44,122 nt of DNA from Klebsiella phage K1-ULIP33, in the sequence record MK380014.1. One strand, given 5' to 3'. The notes beneath the pieces were generated by a model. The model was not told the DNA's origin, made no database searches, and was given only the letters and a program-made list of their open reading frames with translations. Every line of letters begins with the position of its first letter. Position 1 is the first letter of the stretch. This document shows positions 24,677 through 35,347 of this stretch, piece after piece. Made by a program: the position numbers and the translations under genes.

Positions 24677-25408
24677 ATGCCACTTATTCAACCTAGTGAT
24701 GTGTCCGCGTTAATGTCTGATGCCACGTTCGGCATCATTGATAGTAAGCTGGAAGCGGTAAACCTCTGTATGCGTGCCATTGGTCGTGAGGGTGTTGACT
24801 CTCTGGATTCAGGAGATTTGGATGCGGAGGATGCGAACAAGATCATTGACATTGTATCACAGCGTTTCCAGTATAATCAAGGTAACGGCTGGTGGTTCAA
24901 CCGTGAACCTAGCTGGAACATTGCACCCGATCAGAACGGAGAGGTCAATCTGCCTAACAATACGCTGTCCGTCCTGCAATGCTACGGGCTGAATGACCTG
25001 AAAGTACCTATGACTTTGCGTGCTGGCAAGCTGTACTCTACGTGGAACCACACGTTTGATATGCGAGGGCATGTGAACCGTGATGGTCGTATTCGGCTGA
25101 CTTTGGTTGTAATGCTACCTTTCGAGCATCTACCTACCAACGTCATGCAGGCTATTGCATATCAGGCAGCGTGTGAGTTCATCACCTCAAAAGATGCAGA
25201 CAAGACTAAACTGCAAGTCCACCAGACTATCGCCGGACAGTTACTGGTGAGTGTACAAGCAGAGCAGTCGGCACAGAAGCGGCTCAACATGCTGGTTCAT
25301 AATCCGACGCAGCGTCAGTTTGGGGTCATGGCAGGTGGCTACCAGAATGTCCCGGCCTTCTCACACTCACCTTATGACAGTTATCCACCACGTCCTTGGA
25401 GGTTATGA
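24677..25408 (+). CDS. tail tubular protein A, T7 gp11-like
   Basis: ATG at 24677 with GGAGG upstream. 243 aa. Position directly after the capsid gene and before the large tubular protein. Confidence 0.75.
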   Translation: MPLIQPSDVSALMSDATFGIIDSKLEAVNLCMRAIGREGVDSLDSGDLDAEDANKIIDIVSQRFQYNQGNGWWFNREPSWNIAPDQNGEVNLPNNTLSVLQCYGLNDLKVPMTLRAGKLYSTWNHTFDMRGHVNRDGRIRLTLVVMLPFEHLPTNVMQAIAYQAACEFITSKDADKTKLQVHQTIAGQLLVSVQAEQSAQKRLNMLVHNPTQRQFGVMAGGYQNVPAFSHSPYDSYPPRPWRL

Positions 25409-27810
25409 TGGAAGTTCAAGGCTCATTAGGTAGGCAGATTCAAGGCATCAGCCAGCAACCGCCAGCCGTTCGCCTTGACGGGCAATGCACGGATATGGTT
25501 AACATGGTTCCAGATGTTGTTGATGGGACTAAGTCCCGCATGGGAACAACTCACCTGAACAAACTGATGGCAAAAGGCGATGACAACATGGCCTTCCACC
25601 ATTACCGTCGAGGTGACGGAGATGAGGAATACTTCTTCGTCATGAAGCAAGGTGCAATCCCTGAAATCTTTGATCGCATGGGTAATCGCTGCAATGTCAC
25701 CTCTTCCGACGCACCTATGGTCTACCTTAGTGAAGTGCAGAACCCAAGGGAAGATGTACAGTTCATGACTATTGCAGATGTAACATTCATGCTTAACCGT
25801 AGGAAGGTCGTCCGTGCTAGAGAGGATCGATCTCCAAAGGTAGACTCCACTGCCCTAGTCTTCTGTGCTTATGGTAATTACGGTACGAAGTACCAGATCA
25901 CTATCAACGGACAGGTTGCTGCCGAGTACAAGACAAAGGATGGTGGTGAAGCAAGTCATGTAGAGACGATCAGAACCGAGGTTATCGCAGAGCAGCTATT
26001 CCTGCAACTCCAGCAATGGGATGGTGTATCGCAGTACGACATTTACCGCATGGGTACGACTATCGTCATTACCCACCTTGACGGTAACACTGACTTCACT
26101 GTTAATACAGAGGACGGTGCGAAAGGCAGGGACTTGGTGGCTATCAAGTACAAAGTCACCTCTACTGACCTGCTGCCGAGTAAGGCACCAGAAGGCTACA
26201 AGGTGCAGGTATGGCCTACGGGCAGCAAGCCTGAGTCTCGCTACTGGCTTGTAGCAGAGAAATCCGAGGGCAACCTTGTTACGTGGAAGGAGACTATTGC
26301 AGCAGATGTGAAGTTGGGCTTTGACAAGAATACCATGCCTTACATCATCGAGCGCACAGGTATCGTCGGAGGTGTGGCGCAATTCAAGATTCGCCAAGGT
26401 GATTGGGAAGACCGCCGGGTCGGCGACGACTTGACTAACCCGATGCCCTCATTCATTGACGACGAGGTGCCGCAGCGCTTGGGTGGGGTGTTCCTGGTGC
26501 AGAACCGTCTTTGCCTCACAGCAGGCGAGGCAGTAATCATGTCCCGTACCTCCCACTTCTTTGACTTCTTCCGGTATACGGTAGTCTCTGCACTGGACAC
26601 CGACCCGATTGATATCTTCTCCGATGCAAGTGAGGTGTACCAGTTAAAGCACGCCATCACCTTGGACGGCGATACGGTGTTGTTCTCTGATAACTCTCAG
26701 TTCATCTTACCGGGAGATAAGGCACTGACCAAGGATAATGCATTGCTGAAACCGGCTACTGCCTTTGAGGTGAACAACAACGTTCGCCCGGTAGCTACAG
26801 GTGAGTCTGTAATGTTCGCTACAAGTGAAGGTTCGTACTCTGGTATCCGGGAGTTTTATACGGACTCCTATTCTGATACCAAGAAGGCACAGCCTATCAC
26901 GAGTCACGTCAATAAGTTGATTGAAGGCAACATCATCTCGATGGTGGCAAGTTCCAACATCAACCGCTTGTTCGTGATGGCGGATAAGAACCGCAATGTG
27001 GTCTACGTGTATGACTGGCTCTGGCAAGGTACTGACCGAGTGCAGGCAGCATGGCATCGCTGGGTGTGGCCCACTGACGTCAAGGTACGAGCGATGTTCT
27101 ACTCCAGTGAGGTGGTGTACATCATCATCGAGCGAGGTAGTCAAGGCTTATTCCTTGAGAGGATGGATATGGGTGACGCTATAGAGTACCACCTTGAAGA
27201 CCAGATTCGCTTAGACCGCAAGGCGCTCATTTCCTTTGCCTATGACGCTGCGTCAGATGGCTGGTATTCAAGTCAATTACCGTGGCTGCCTGAACACCCT
27301 GAGATGCTAGAGTGTGTCCTTACGCAAGGGTGGCCTGCCTATGTCGGTGGTTCTTTCCTGTTCCAACATGAAGATGAAGGTAACAGGTTGCATACCACCT
27401 TTGATCTTGGCGAAGAGAGCTCCCTCATTCATTGTGTGGTAGGCGAACATTACTCGCAAGAGTTTGAGCCCACGCCTGTGGTGATCAAGGATTCTCAAGG
27501 GCGCACCTCGTACATCGATACGCCTGTCATTGGACTTGTTCATCTCAACTTGGACAAGTATCCAGACTTCACCGTAGAGATCACGAATGCTTCCGGGCGC
27601 AAGCGCGTAGCTAAGGCATCGAACCGCATAGGTGGTGCCCGCAACAATATTGTTGGTTACGTCAAGCCGAAGGAGGGTATCTTCAAGTTCCCGCTCCGTG
27701 CCAAGAGCACAGATGCGACATACCGTATCAAGTCCGTAGCGCCGCACACCTTGCAGCTACGTGATATTGAATGGGAAGGCTCGTACAATCCAAGTAAGAG
27801 GAGGGTATAA
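25405..27810 (+). CDS. tail tubular protein B, T7 gp12-like
   Basis: About 800 aa, close to T7 gp12 in size. The ATG at 25405/25408 overlaps the upstream stop. Confidence 0.8.
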   Translation: MMEVQGSLGRQIQGISQQPPAVRLDGQCTDMVNMVPDVVDGTKSRMGTTHLNKLMAKGDDNMAFHHYRRGDGDEEYFFVMKQGAIPEIFDRMGNRCNVTSSDAPMVYLSEVQNPREDVQFMTIADVTFMLNRRKVVRAREDRSPKVDSTALVFCAYGNYGTKYQITINGQVAAEYKTKDGGEASHVETIRTEVIAEQLFLQLQQWDGVSQYDIYRMGTTIVITHLDGNTDFTVNTEDGAKGRDLVAIKYKVTSTDLLPSKAPEGYKVQVWPTGSKPESRYWLVAEKSEGNLVTWKETIAADVKLGFDKNTMPYIIERTGIVGGVAQFKIRQGDWEDRRVGDDLTNPMPSFIDDEVPQRLGGVFLVQNRLCLTAGEAVIMSRTSHFFDFFRYTVVSALDTDPIDIFSDASEVYQLKHAITLDGDTVLFSDNSQFILPGDKALTKDNALLKPATAFEVNNNVRPVATGESVMFATSEGSYSGIREFYTDSYSDTKKAQPITSHVNKLIEGNIISMVASSNINRLFVMADKNRNVVYVYDWLWQGTDRVQAAWHRWVWPTDVKVRAMFYSSEVVYIIIERGSQGLFLERMDMGDAIEYHLEDQIRLDRKALISFAYDAASDGWYSSQLPWLPEHPEMLECVLTQGWPAYVGGSFLFQHEDEGNRLHTTFDLGEESSLIHCVVGEHYSQEFEPTPVVIKDSQGRTSYIDTPVIGLVHLNLDKYPDFTVEITNASGRKRVAKASNRIGGARNNIVGYVKPKEGIFKFPLRAKSTDATYRIKSVAPHTLQLRDIEWEGSYNPSKRRV

Positions 27811-28529
27811 TGGCAATAATCGGCTCTGCCGCTGCTGCCCTCGGTAGCATGTTCGGAGGTAGTGCCGCCGCTAGTGGTGCTGCTGCTGCCGGAAGTGCCG
27901 CTGGTGCAGGAAGTGGCATCCTCGGCTCTGCCATGAGTTGGTTGGGTGGCTCCACGGCTGGCTTCTCTAATTCTGGTCTGCTGTCTATGGGCGGCTCTTT
28001 GCTTAGTAGCCTGACAAGTTTCTTGTCTGGTGGTAACGAGGCGGAGGCGCTACGCAAGCAGCAGCAAGAGCAATGGAAGCAGCAAATGATTAACACCCGC
28101 GAGCAGTATCGCCAATTGGGTGATTTGGAGCGTCAGGCTAACAAGGAGTTCCACCAAGACATTATCCAGAACCAAGTGTCACTGCTACAGCAGCAGGCAC
28201 AGGTTGAGTTAATGGCGGGTGCCTCCGGTACTGGCGGTGCTTCCATCTCTTCCTTGCTCGGAGATTTATCCGGGCAGGCAGGCAGGAACCAATCTCAGCT
28301 TATTGATAACTTTGAGAATCAGCAGCAGAGTTTCATCAACCAAGCTAAAGCAATCCAGACAGGCGGACAGATGCAGCAGCGTAGCTTTGAGAAGCCGTCT
28401 GCGTTTAGTTCACTGCTGTCTGGTGTAGGTAGCGCTGCCACCTCATACCTCTCTGGTGCTAAGACCGGGAAGGCATTGAGCACAGCGTGGAAAGAATCAA
28501 GAACCTATTCCTCTGGAGTAGGGAAATAA
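27810..28529 (+). CDS. internal virion protein (gp13/gp14-like), with a Gly/Ala/Ser-rich N-terminus and a Gln-rich centre
   Basis: 239 aa, RBS GGAGGGTATAATG. Lies between the tubular and large core protein genes. Confidence 0.6.
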   Translation: MAIIGSAAAALGSMFGGSAAASGAAAAGSAAGAGSGILGSAMSWLGGSTAGFSNSGLLSMGGSLLSSLTSFLSGGNEAEALRKQQQEQWKQQMINTREQYRQLGDLERQANKEFHQDIIQNQVSLLQQQAQVELMAGASGTGGASISSLLGDLSGQAGRNQSQLIDNFENQQQSFINQAKAIQTGGQMQQRSFEKPSAFSSLLSGVGSAATSYLSGAKTGKALSTAWKESRTYSSGVGK

Positions 28530-28538
28530 GGAGGGAAC

Positions 28539-31484
28539 ATGGCAATTGAGCGTCAAGCTGTGCAAGGCTTGCAGCAGGTGAAGTCTACGGGCGGCCCTCG
28601 TATGGCAGGCACCTCTGCAATCCAAGTGAGCGAGCCTCAAATTCGACGTAGCGGCTCATCGTTCATCGACGATATCTTTAGTGCCGCTGGTGCCTTCGCT
28701 ACGGTTGGCACCGAGATTATGCAGCAAGCCGTTGAAGACGATAAGGTACGTCAGTATGACCGCGCCTTGCAGGGCTTGATGCCTTCCGACGATGCGACTG
28801 TGGGTGGCGCTCGCGCCCACATGCTGGTGCAGTTACAGAATGATGTGCTGGGCCACACCATCGCATTACAGGATGAGGCCAAGCGATTCCAAGGCTCAGA
28901 CGAAGAGTGGGAGCAGAAGGTGGTTGACTCCCGCAACGCCATCCAAGCCAAGGTTTACCAGCAATATCCTGGCTTGCAAGGGGATAAGGACACCATGCGC
29001 CTTGTCTCCAACGCATTCATAGAGCAGCAGCCTAAGATCTTCGCGGCAAGGGCAAGTGCCAAGCTGGAGCGGGAAGCGCAGCAGCGCACCGAGGCAATGC
29101 ACTCTCGCGTATTGATGGTGACGGAAGGTTTGTCTGGCAGTTCACTGGATGCGGCACTTCACCAGCTACAGCAGGAAGCCGTAACCATGCAGCTTACCAA
29201 GCCTGAGTATGAAGAAATGATTGCTCAGATTGCAATGGAACGGGCAGCTATTGGTGATTCAACATTCGTTGAAGCTACTAAATCCTTGAAGGATGCCAAT
29301 GGTATCTCCTTGTATCAGCGTAATGGTAAGCTACAGACTGCCGAGATTCAGGCTAACCGAAATTGGGCCGCTCAGAATCAGGTGGAACTCTTCGAGAAGA
29401 AGGATGCAGCGATTCAGGCGTTCACTAATGGTGAGCTTGACCGAGAAGAGATGCTCAAGATTATGCAGAATCACAATGAAATCTCCGGTGGCACTGCATG
29501 GTCTGACGGTGAGATCAAATCCTTGTTCGACCGTGTAGCTAAGAAGAATGCCGAGGATGCCAAGATGCAGGACTTACTGGCCCGTGGTCAGACTGGCTCG
29601 CCTCTTGGTTTGCAGGATATCAGTAACGAAGACCGCAAGTCTTATGCCGAGGCTTTGGCTGGAACCTACACCAAGCTGGCTGAGGATGAGATTAAGCGTA
29701 CTGGCGCTACCGGGGATCAGGCCGAAGCTATCCGTGGTCGTTATGAGCAGATGCGCTACCTCAAGCTGGGACAAGATCTCATCAAAGACCCGAACATTCA
29801 GGCCCGCTATGACTCCCTGATGCAAATGTCCTCTGCTAACCTCAAGGATATGAACACGGAGCCTGAGGCGCTCAAGACGCTGATGAATGCCCGCGACTCT
29901 ATCCCGGAGGATGCACGTCGTGCCGTCATGGGTGACAAGGAGTATGCCTTTGTCGAGAACTATGACCGCGCATTGCAGATGGGCTACAACGTAGGTCAGG
30001 CCGTGGAGTTCGCTCAGAACGTTGCCAAAGGTGAGAAGCTACAAGGCTCCGTCCTCAAAGAGCTATCATCGGATGTAGAGGGTATTGTTGACGATGTAGC
30101 TGGTGGTAGCTGGCTTACACGTGGCGACAACATGAGTGAGGCAGGTCGCAGCATTGTGTTAGATGATGCTATGACTATTGCCCGCGCCATGAAGGTGGCT
30201 GGTCACAACAACGACACCATCAAACGTCACCTGCAATCCTATCTCACCTCTCAATATACCCAGCTATCCGAAGGCTTCTTCACGCAGGGTGTGTTGGTTA
30301 AAGGTGATGCTCGCGCTTTAGGTGACGCTATAGGAGTGAACCAGAAAGACGTACCTATCGCACTTCGTCAGTACATTAATAATCACAAGCAAGAGTTGCT
30401 TGATCAATCTGGAGGAATGAGTGAAGAAGATATCTACGTGGATGTTGACTCTAAGCGTGGCATGTTTGTTATTCGTGCTGGCTCAGGTCGCACTCCCCTC
30501 ACCCCAGCAATGCCGCTCTCTGAAATTAAAGGACAATCCTTACTTCGAGAGCATTACGACGCTAAAGTAAAAGAGCGTGACGAAGCCAAGAAGAACTTCG
30601 AGGAGCAGCAGATGCGCATGTGGGGTGCTGGTGGCTACCAAGCACAGCCTCTACAGAAAGGTGATGTGACAGCGAAAGCCGTAGGGAAGCGGGGTATCGC
30701 TGACTTCTTAATGTCTCCCGCCTTTGCAGCAGGAGAGAACCTTCCGAAGAACTTCGAGTTCGGCTATGATAGGAAGGATCAGGACTTCTTCAACTACGTA
30801 GCTAAAACAGAGAACGGCATGAACGTAGGCTTCGACCGTGTAGCTGGCGTGTACACCCCATATAAAGATGCGCATGGTCAGTCTGTAGGTTACGGTCACT
30901 TCCTCACTGCCGAAGAGAAAGCTAATGGTTACATTATGATTGGCACTGATAAAGTCCCATTCAAACCGGGTCAGTCGCAACTCACCCCGGAGCGAGCCAT
31001 GCGTCTTCTCAAGCAGGACATGGAGAAGAACGTACCGTCTACCAAAGATTGGGCCATCCCTTTCGATGCGATGCACCCAAGTACCCAGCGTGGTGTCATG
31101 GATTTGACCTATAACTTAGGTAAGTCTGGCATTCAGAAGTCACCCAAAGCATACGCAGCTTTCAAGGCTGGTCGTATCACAGATGGCTTCATTGAGATGT
31201 TAGGCACTGCATCTACGGAAGGCAAGCGCAGTCCGGGATTGCTGGTTCGTCGCGCAGAAGCATATAACATGGCACAAGGTGAGACAGGTGTCCCTCTTAT
31301 CAGCGAGGTGGAGACGCGAGCAGACGGCTCTATGTACGTCAAGTTCGCTGGCAAGATGTCACCTGCATTCGTGAGCCAGAGCATTCACAATCGTATCGAC
31401 AAGAACGGGTGGATGCAAGTGTACCCGCCGGGTGCTGGCAAGTTAGTTGCTGGTGCCAAAGTGGGTAAGGTGAAAGTTAAGTAG
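28539..31484 (+). CDS. internal virion (core/ejection) protein with a C-terminal T4-lysozyme-like muramidase domain
   Basis: 981 aa. The segment ..TENGMNVGFDRVAGVYTPYKDAHGQSVGYGHFLT.. matches the GH24/T4 lysozyme catalytic pattern (E..D..T..G.GH). Confidence 0.8.
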   Translation: MAIERQAVQGLQQVKSTGGPRMAGTSAIQVSEPQIRRSGSSFIDDIFSAAGAFATVGTEIMQQAVEDDKVRQYDRALQGLMPSDDATVGGARAHMLVQLQNDVLGHTIALQDEAKRFQGSDEEWEQKVVDSRNAIQAKVYQQYPGLQGDKDTMRLVSNAFIEQQPKIFAARASAKLEREAQQRTEAMHSRVLMVTEGLSGSSLDAALHQLQQEAVTMQLTKPEYEEMIAQIAMERAAIGDSTFVEATKSLKDANGISLYQRNGKLQTAEIQANRNWAAQNQVELFEKKDAAIQAFTNGELDREEMLKIMQNHNEISGGTAWSDGEIKSLFDRVAKKNAEDAKMQDLLARGQTGSPLGLQDISNEDRKSYAEALAGTYTKLAEDEIKRTGATGDQAEAIRGRYEQMRYLKLGQDLIKDPNIQARYDSLMQMSSANLKDMNTEPEALKTLMNARDSIPEDARRAVMGDKEYAFVENYDRALQMGYNVGQAVEFAQNVAKGEKLQGSVLKELSSDVEGIVDDVAGGSWLTRGDNMSEAGRSIVLDDAMTIARAMKVAGHNNDTIKRHLQSYLTSQYTQLSEGFFTQGVLVKGDARALGDAIGVNQKDVPIALRQYINNHKQELLDQSGGMSEEDIYVDVDSKRGMFVIRAGSGRTPLTPAMPLSEIKGQSLLREHYDAKVKERDEAKKNFEEQQMRMWGAGGYQAQPLQKGDVTAKAVGKRGIADFLMSPAFAAGENLPKNFEFGYDRKDQDFFNYVAKTENGMNVGFDRVAGVYTPYKDAHGQSVGYGHFLTAEEKANGYIMIGTDKVPFKPGQSQLTPERAMRLLKQDMEKNVPSTKDWAIPFDAMHPSTQRGVMDLTYNLGKSGIQKSPKAYAAFKAGRITDGFIEMLGTASTEGKRSPGLLVRRAEAYNMAQGETGVPLISEVETRADGSMYVKFAGKMSPAFVSQSIHNRIDKNGWMQVYPPGAGKLVAGAKVGKVKVK

Positions 31485-31501
31485 TGTCATACTCAAGGGT
31501 T

Positions 31502-31517
31502 GTCCAACGTGTTGGAC
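31502..31517. repeat. palindromic element GTCCAACGTGTTGGAC (copy 9)
   Basis: 18 nt after the stop at 31484. Extended to GGTTGTCCAACGTGTTGGACAGCC. Confidence 0.85.
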
Positions 31518-31552
31518 AGCCTTTTATGAATGGCATTAACTAAGGAGGTAAC

Positions 31553-34500
31553 ATGGCTGAATTACCAAGCCAGAGCTGGGTGGGTGTAGCACAACGTCAT
31601 TTGCCGCCTACCTTCTCTCAAGTAGCCGAAGCCGAGCGTAAGCTGGAAGCACAGCGAGAGCAGGATAAGGTTATGACCACTGCCCTTGAGAGTGAGTGGG
31701 CGCTTTATGGTGGACAACGCGCGTTAGAGCGAGCCACCACCGAGTTCGCACCTCAAGAGGGTTATGAAGTTCCGCAGTCTGCCGTGGAAGAGTTGTCTCG
31801 CATCCACGGATATGAGATTGCGCAGGAGATTGTGCAAGGTGTGCAGTCTCCCGCAGAGCTACAATTCCGCATGTCTAATGCACAGGCGGACAAGGATCGT
31901 GCCGAGATTCTCGCCCGTAACGGCTTCACTGGCTTCGCTGCTCAATTGGCGGCTGGTGTGCTCGACCCGGTCGGCTGGGCTGCATCCGTTGTCGCCGCAC
32001 CTGTAGCTGGTGCCGTCAAGATAGGCCGCATGGGCCATGTCCTCAAGACGGGCCTGCTGGCTGCCGGGGAGAATGCTGCCCTTGTAGCTGTACTTGCTCA
32101 GGGTGACTATCAGCGTAACATCGATGATGTGCTAATTGCTGCGGGTTTCGGGATGGTGATGGGTGGTACTATCGGTGCAGCGACACGCCAGCGCGTCCGA
32201 GGCGTAGAGACGGACACGCCACGAGCAACCGTTGACGACCTTGATACCGTGATTCGCGGTGCCGATGAGTTCGACCAGTCTGCATCTCGCGCCGTCATGG
32301 AGGCGATGGAGTACGATGCATATATGGCTGCTCGCAACTTTGAGCCACTCAAGGCCAGAGAGGTAGACTTCGACATGGCAATCTACCAGCATACCGAAGG
32401 CTTGCGCAAGCAGGCTAACGTGCGCATGACTGCTAAGGAGAAGGGGCAACTCAAGGCATCCATTCGTCAGGCAGAGGATGAGCTACGTGTTATGCAGGAA
32501 AGTCGCACCGCTGCCAAGGCGGAGCACGCTGCCAAGAAGGGCGCTGCCCGGAGTAAAGCCGAAGCGCTGGACACCAAGGTAGAGTTGCAGGCGATTGCCC
32601 GTCGCTTTGACGCACCTATCGCTGACGCTACCAAACGTCTTGATGAGCTTAATGCAAAGCTGGCACAGGTGGAGAATGTGGCAATGTCCAAGGCGGAGCT
32701 TAAACGCTTCTCCAGCCTGTCACGCGAGGAGCAGATCAAGGAGTTAGGTCTTGAGGTGCCGTCCCGTAAAGTGGACATGCACAGCGCAGTGCGCGAGGCG
32801 GTAGCCGCCATCCGTGCAGAGCGAACCAAGACTCCTACCGAGTTACATGCGGAAGCCGTAGCAGCACGGGAGGCAGAGGCCAAAGCGCCTGATGATTCTC
32901 TGTCGGCAGCACGTGTGGAAGGCTCAGAGATTCAAGGTGAGCAGTTCGACCTGTCTGATAAGATGGAAGATCTGATGGACGACCTTGCACGTGAGGCTTA
33001 CCAGTCTGATGTGCGCCCGGTATCAACCTTTGGTCTTGGCTCTGTCTCCTCTGTTATCCTTAACTCGAAGAACCCTGTGTTCCGTGGTCTAGGCTTACGT
33101 CTACTGGAGAACGCTCAAGGTGGTGCCTATCAGGGCAAGACTGCCTCGATTCTATCTAACGTCTATGGTAACTTGATTCGCACAGCAGAGCGTAACCGCT
33201 ACAATGATGGCTTCTCACAGTTCATCAAGGATAACAATCTGCGCGCTATCGACTACCTGAACCCTGCCGTGACGCGAGACTTCAACAACCAAATCTACAC
33301 TGCTATCGTTAAAGGCATACCAGATGATACGCCGAAAGGTGTTAAGCTGGCAGCCGAAGGCATGGCGGATAAGTTGAAGAAGGCTCTTGAGTTACGTAAG
33401 CAGGCAGGCGAAGCAGGCTTCGAGGACGTAAAGGCTGCACGTGACTATATGCCTGTGATTTACGACGGCATCAAGGTTACAGAGGCTGTGAACCGTATGG
33501 GTAGCAGTGAGGCCGTAATTGCCCTGCTGTCTAAGGGATATCAGACTGGCAAGTACAAGCTGGGCAAGAAGTCTGCCGATGCGCTGGCTAAAGTCCAGTA
33601 CATTCGTGCCTCAGACTCTACCCTGTCTAGTCGTGTATCCTTTGACCGGGTCGTATCTCAGCAGCAGCAAGTGCAGCTTGTCGAAGACTTGAAGAAGGCA
33701 GGTGTGCCGGATTCTATCATCGACAACTTCATTGAAGGCACAGAGTTGCAGGAGATGGCGGAGTCTGTATCGAACCGAGCCAAGTCCAGCATGGGTATCA
33801 ACACGCAGGCAGAGTACGGCGGGGTGAAGGTACAGGACTTGCTGAACACTAACGTAGGTGAGTTGGTCGAGAACTACGGCAAGGAGGCCGCAGGCGGCGC
33901 TGCACTGGCCGCAATGGGCTTCCCTACCCGTCAGTCCGTCTTGAACGCGATCGACGCAGCAGAGCGTGCTGGGCGCAATATGGCAGGTTCTGACGCCAAG
34001 GCCATCAAGCAACTTCGGGCAGAAGCGGACATGCTCCGTGATTCTGTACGAATGCTGTACGGTAACACCATCGACGCCGACCCTAACGCTGGCATCGTCA
34101 GAGGCACTCGCCGGGTGCGTGAGGTGACTGGCCTGTTACGTCTTGGTCAGATGGGCTTTGCTCAGATACCAGAGATGGCGCGAGCTATCACGAAGATGGG
34201 CCTTGGCACCGTCCTGAAATCCGTACCCGCCACCAAATTCCTCCGGTCACGTGCCGGGCGAGAAGGCGGGACGGCGCAGGGCAGATTGCTGGAACCAGAA
34301 CTCAGGGAGATGGAGGAACTTGTTGGGTATATCGGAGAAGACAACTGGCTCACTGGCTGGAACGTTCGACACGATGAGTTCGGCGAGACTGCTGACAACC
34401 TCAGCCGCCTGTCTGCTGTGATAGATAATGGGTTGGCAATGGGTAGTCATATCAACACTTGGCTGTCTGGCTTCAAGGCAGTGCAGGGAGGGTCTGAGAA

Positions 34501-35347
34501 GGTCGTCGCTCGATCAATCAATAAGCGCCTCAAGGAGCACTTGTCTGGGGGCCGTAAGCTACCGCAGCGTGACTTGGACGAGGTAGGTCTTGACGAGGCA
34601 ACCATGAAGCGGCTACAGCGTCACTTCGACGATAACCCGGCGTATGCTGATTATAATGGCGAGAGGGTTCGCATGATGAACTTCGACGCTATGGAGCCAG
34701 ACCTTCGGGAAGCTGTAGGTGTGGCGGTGCGCCGCATGTCAGGCCGTCTTATCCAGCGTAACTTCATCGGGGATGAGGGTATCTGGATGAACAAATGGTG
34801 GGGCAAAGCATTGACTCAATTCAAATCATTCTCCATTGTCTCTATCGAGAAACAGCTAATTCACGATTTACGGGGTGATAAGATTCAGGCCGCTCAGATT
34901 CTGGCTTGGTCTTCCTTGTTAGGCTTCGCATCATACGCTACTCAGATGCAGATGCAGGCAATCGGTCGTGCAGATCGAGACAAGTTCCTACGTGAGAAAT
35001 TCGATATCCAAAACATCGCTATGGGTGTGTTCAACAAACTGCCGCAGGTTGCAGGCTTCGGTCTGGCTGGCGACGCACTGGCAACTCTCGGCCTTATGCC
35101 GGATGCGCTTATGCAGGCTCCGGGTCGTATGGGCTTCCAGCAGCAAGGTTTTGGTGAACTCGTAGCAGGTGCGGGTGTCATTGGTGATGCCGTGGACTTC
35201 TCCAAGGCATTGGTTAAGTATGCCAACGGTGATGATGATGTATCCACTCGACAAATCGTTGACAAGATGCGTCGTCTGGTGCCACTGGCTAACACGATTG
35301 GTATTGGTCAAATGACCAAGGCCAGCGTAGACTTATTGGAGGACTGA
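31553..35347 (+). CDS. large internal virion protein (gp16-like ejection protein)
   Basis: 1264 aa. The largest gene of the late block. Ala-rich coiled-coil regions. Confidence 0.8.
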   Translation: MAELPSQSWVGVAQRHLPPTFSQVAEAERKLEAQREQDKVMTTALESEWALYGGQRALERATTEFAPQEGYEVPQSAVEELSRIHGYEIAQEIVQGVQSPAELQFRMSNAQADKDRAEILARNGFTGFAAQLAAGVLDPVGWAASVVAAPVAGAVKIGRMGHVLKTGLLAAGENAALVAVLAQGDYQRNIDDVLIAAGFGMVMGGTIGAATRQRVRGVETDTPRATVDDLDTVIRGADEFDQSASRAVMEAMEYDAYMAARNFEPLKAREVDFDMAIYQHTEGLRKQANVRMTAKEKGQLKASIRQAEDELRVMQESRTAAKAEHAAKKGAARSKAEALDTKVELQAIARRFDAPIADATKRLDELNAKLAQVENVAMSKAELKRFSSLSREEQIKELGLEVPSRKVDMHSAVREAVAAIRAERTKTPTELHAEAVAAREAEAKAPDDSLSAARVEGSEIQGEQFDLSDKMEDLMDDLAREAYQSDVRPVSTFGLGSVSSVILNSKNPVFRGLGLRLLENAQGGAYQGKTASILSNVYGNLIRTAERNRYNDGFSQFIKDNNLRAIDYLNPAVTRDFNNQIYTAIVKGIPDDTPKGVKLAAEGMADKLKKALELRKQAGEAGFEDVKAARDYMPVIYDGIKVTEAVNRMGSSEAVIALLSKGYQTGKYKLGKKSADALAKVQYIRASDSTLSSRVSFDRVVSQQQQVQLVEDLKKAGVPDSIIDNFIEGTELQEMAESVSNRAKSSMGINTQAEYGGVKVQDLLNTNVGELVENYGKEAAGGAALAAMGFPTRQSVLNAIDAAERAGRNMAGSDAKAIKQLRAEADMLRDSVRMLYGNTIDADPNAGIVRGTRRVREVTGLLRLGQMGFAQIPEMARAITKMGLGTVLKSVPATKFLRSRAGREGGTAQGRLLEPELREMEELVGYIGEDNWLTGWNVRHDEFGETADNLSRLSAVIDNGLAMGSHINTWLSGFKAVQGGSEKVVARSINKRLKEHLSGGRKLPQRDLDEVGLDEATMKRLQRHFDDNPAYADYNGERVRMMNFDAMEPDLREAVGVAVRRMSGRLIQRNFIGDEGIWMNKWWGKALTQFKSFSIVSIEKQLIHDLRGDKIQAAQILAWSSLLGFASYATQMQMQAIGRADRDKFLREKFDIQNIAMGVFNKLPQVAGFGLAGDALATLGLMPDALMQAPGRMGFQQQGFGELVAGAGVIGDAVDFSKALVKYANGDDDVSTRQIVDKMRRLVPLANTIGIGQMTKASVDLLED

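Noticed and set aside
27172-27186. Promoter-like GGTGACGCTATAGAG inside the tail tubular B gene
   Set aside because: Only the core is matched and the upstream ATTTAG region is absent. Weaker than the 30316 candidate, so likely chance.
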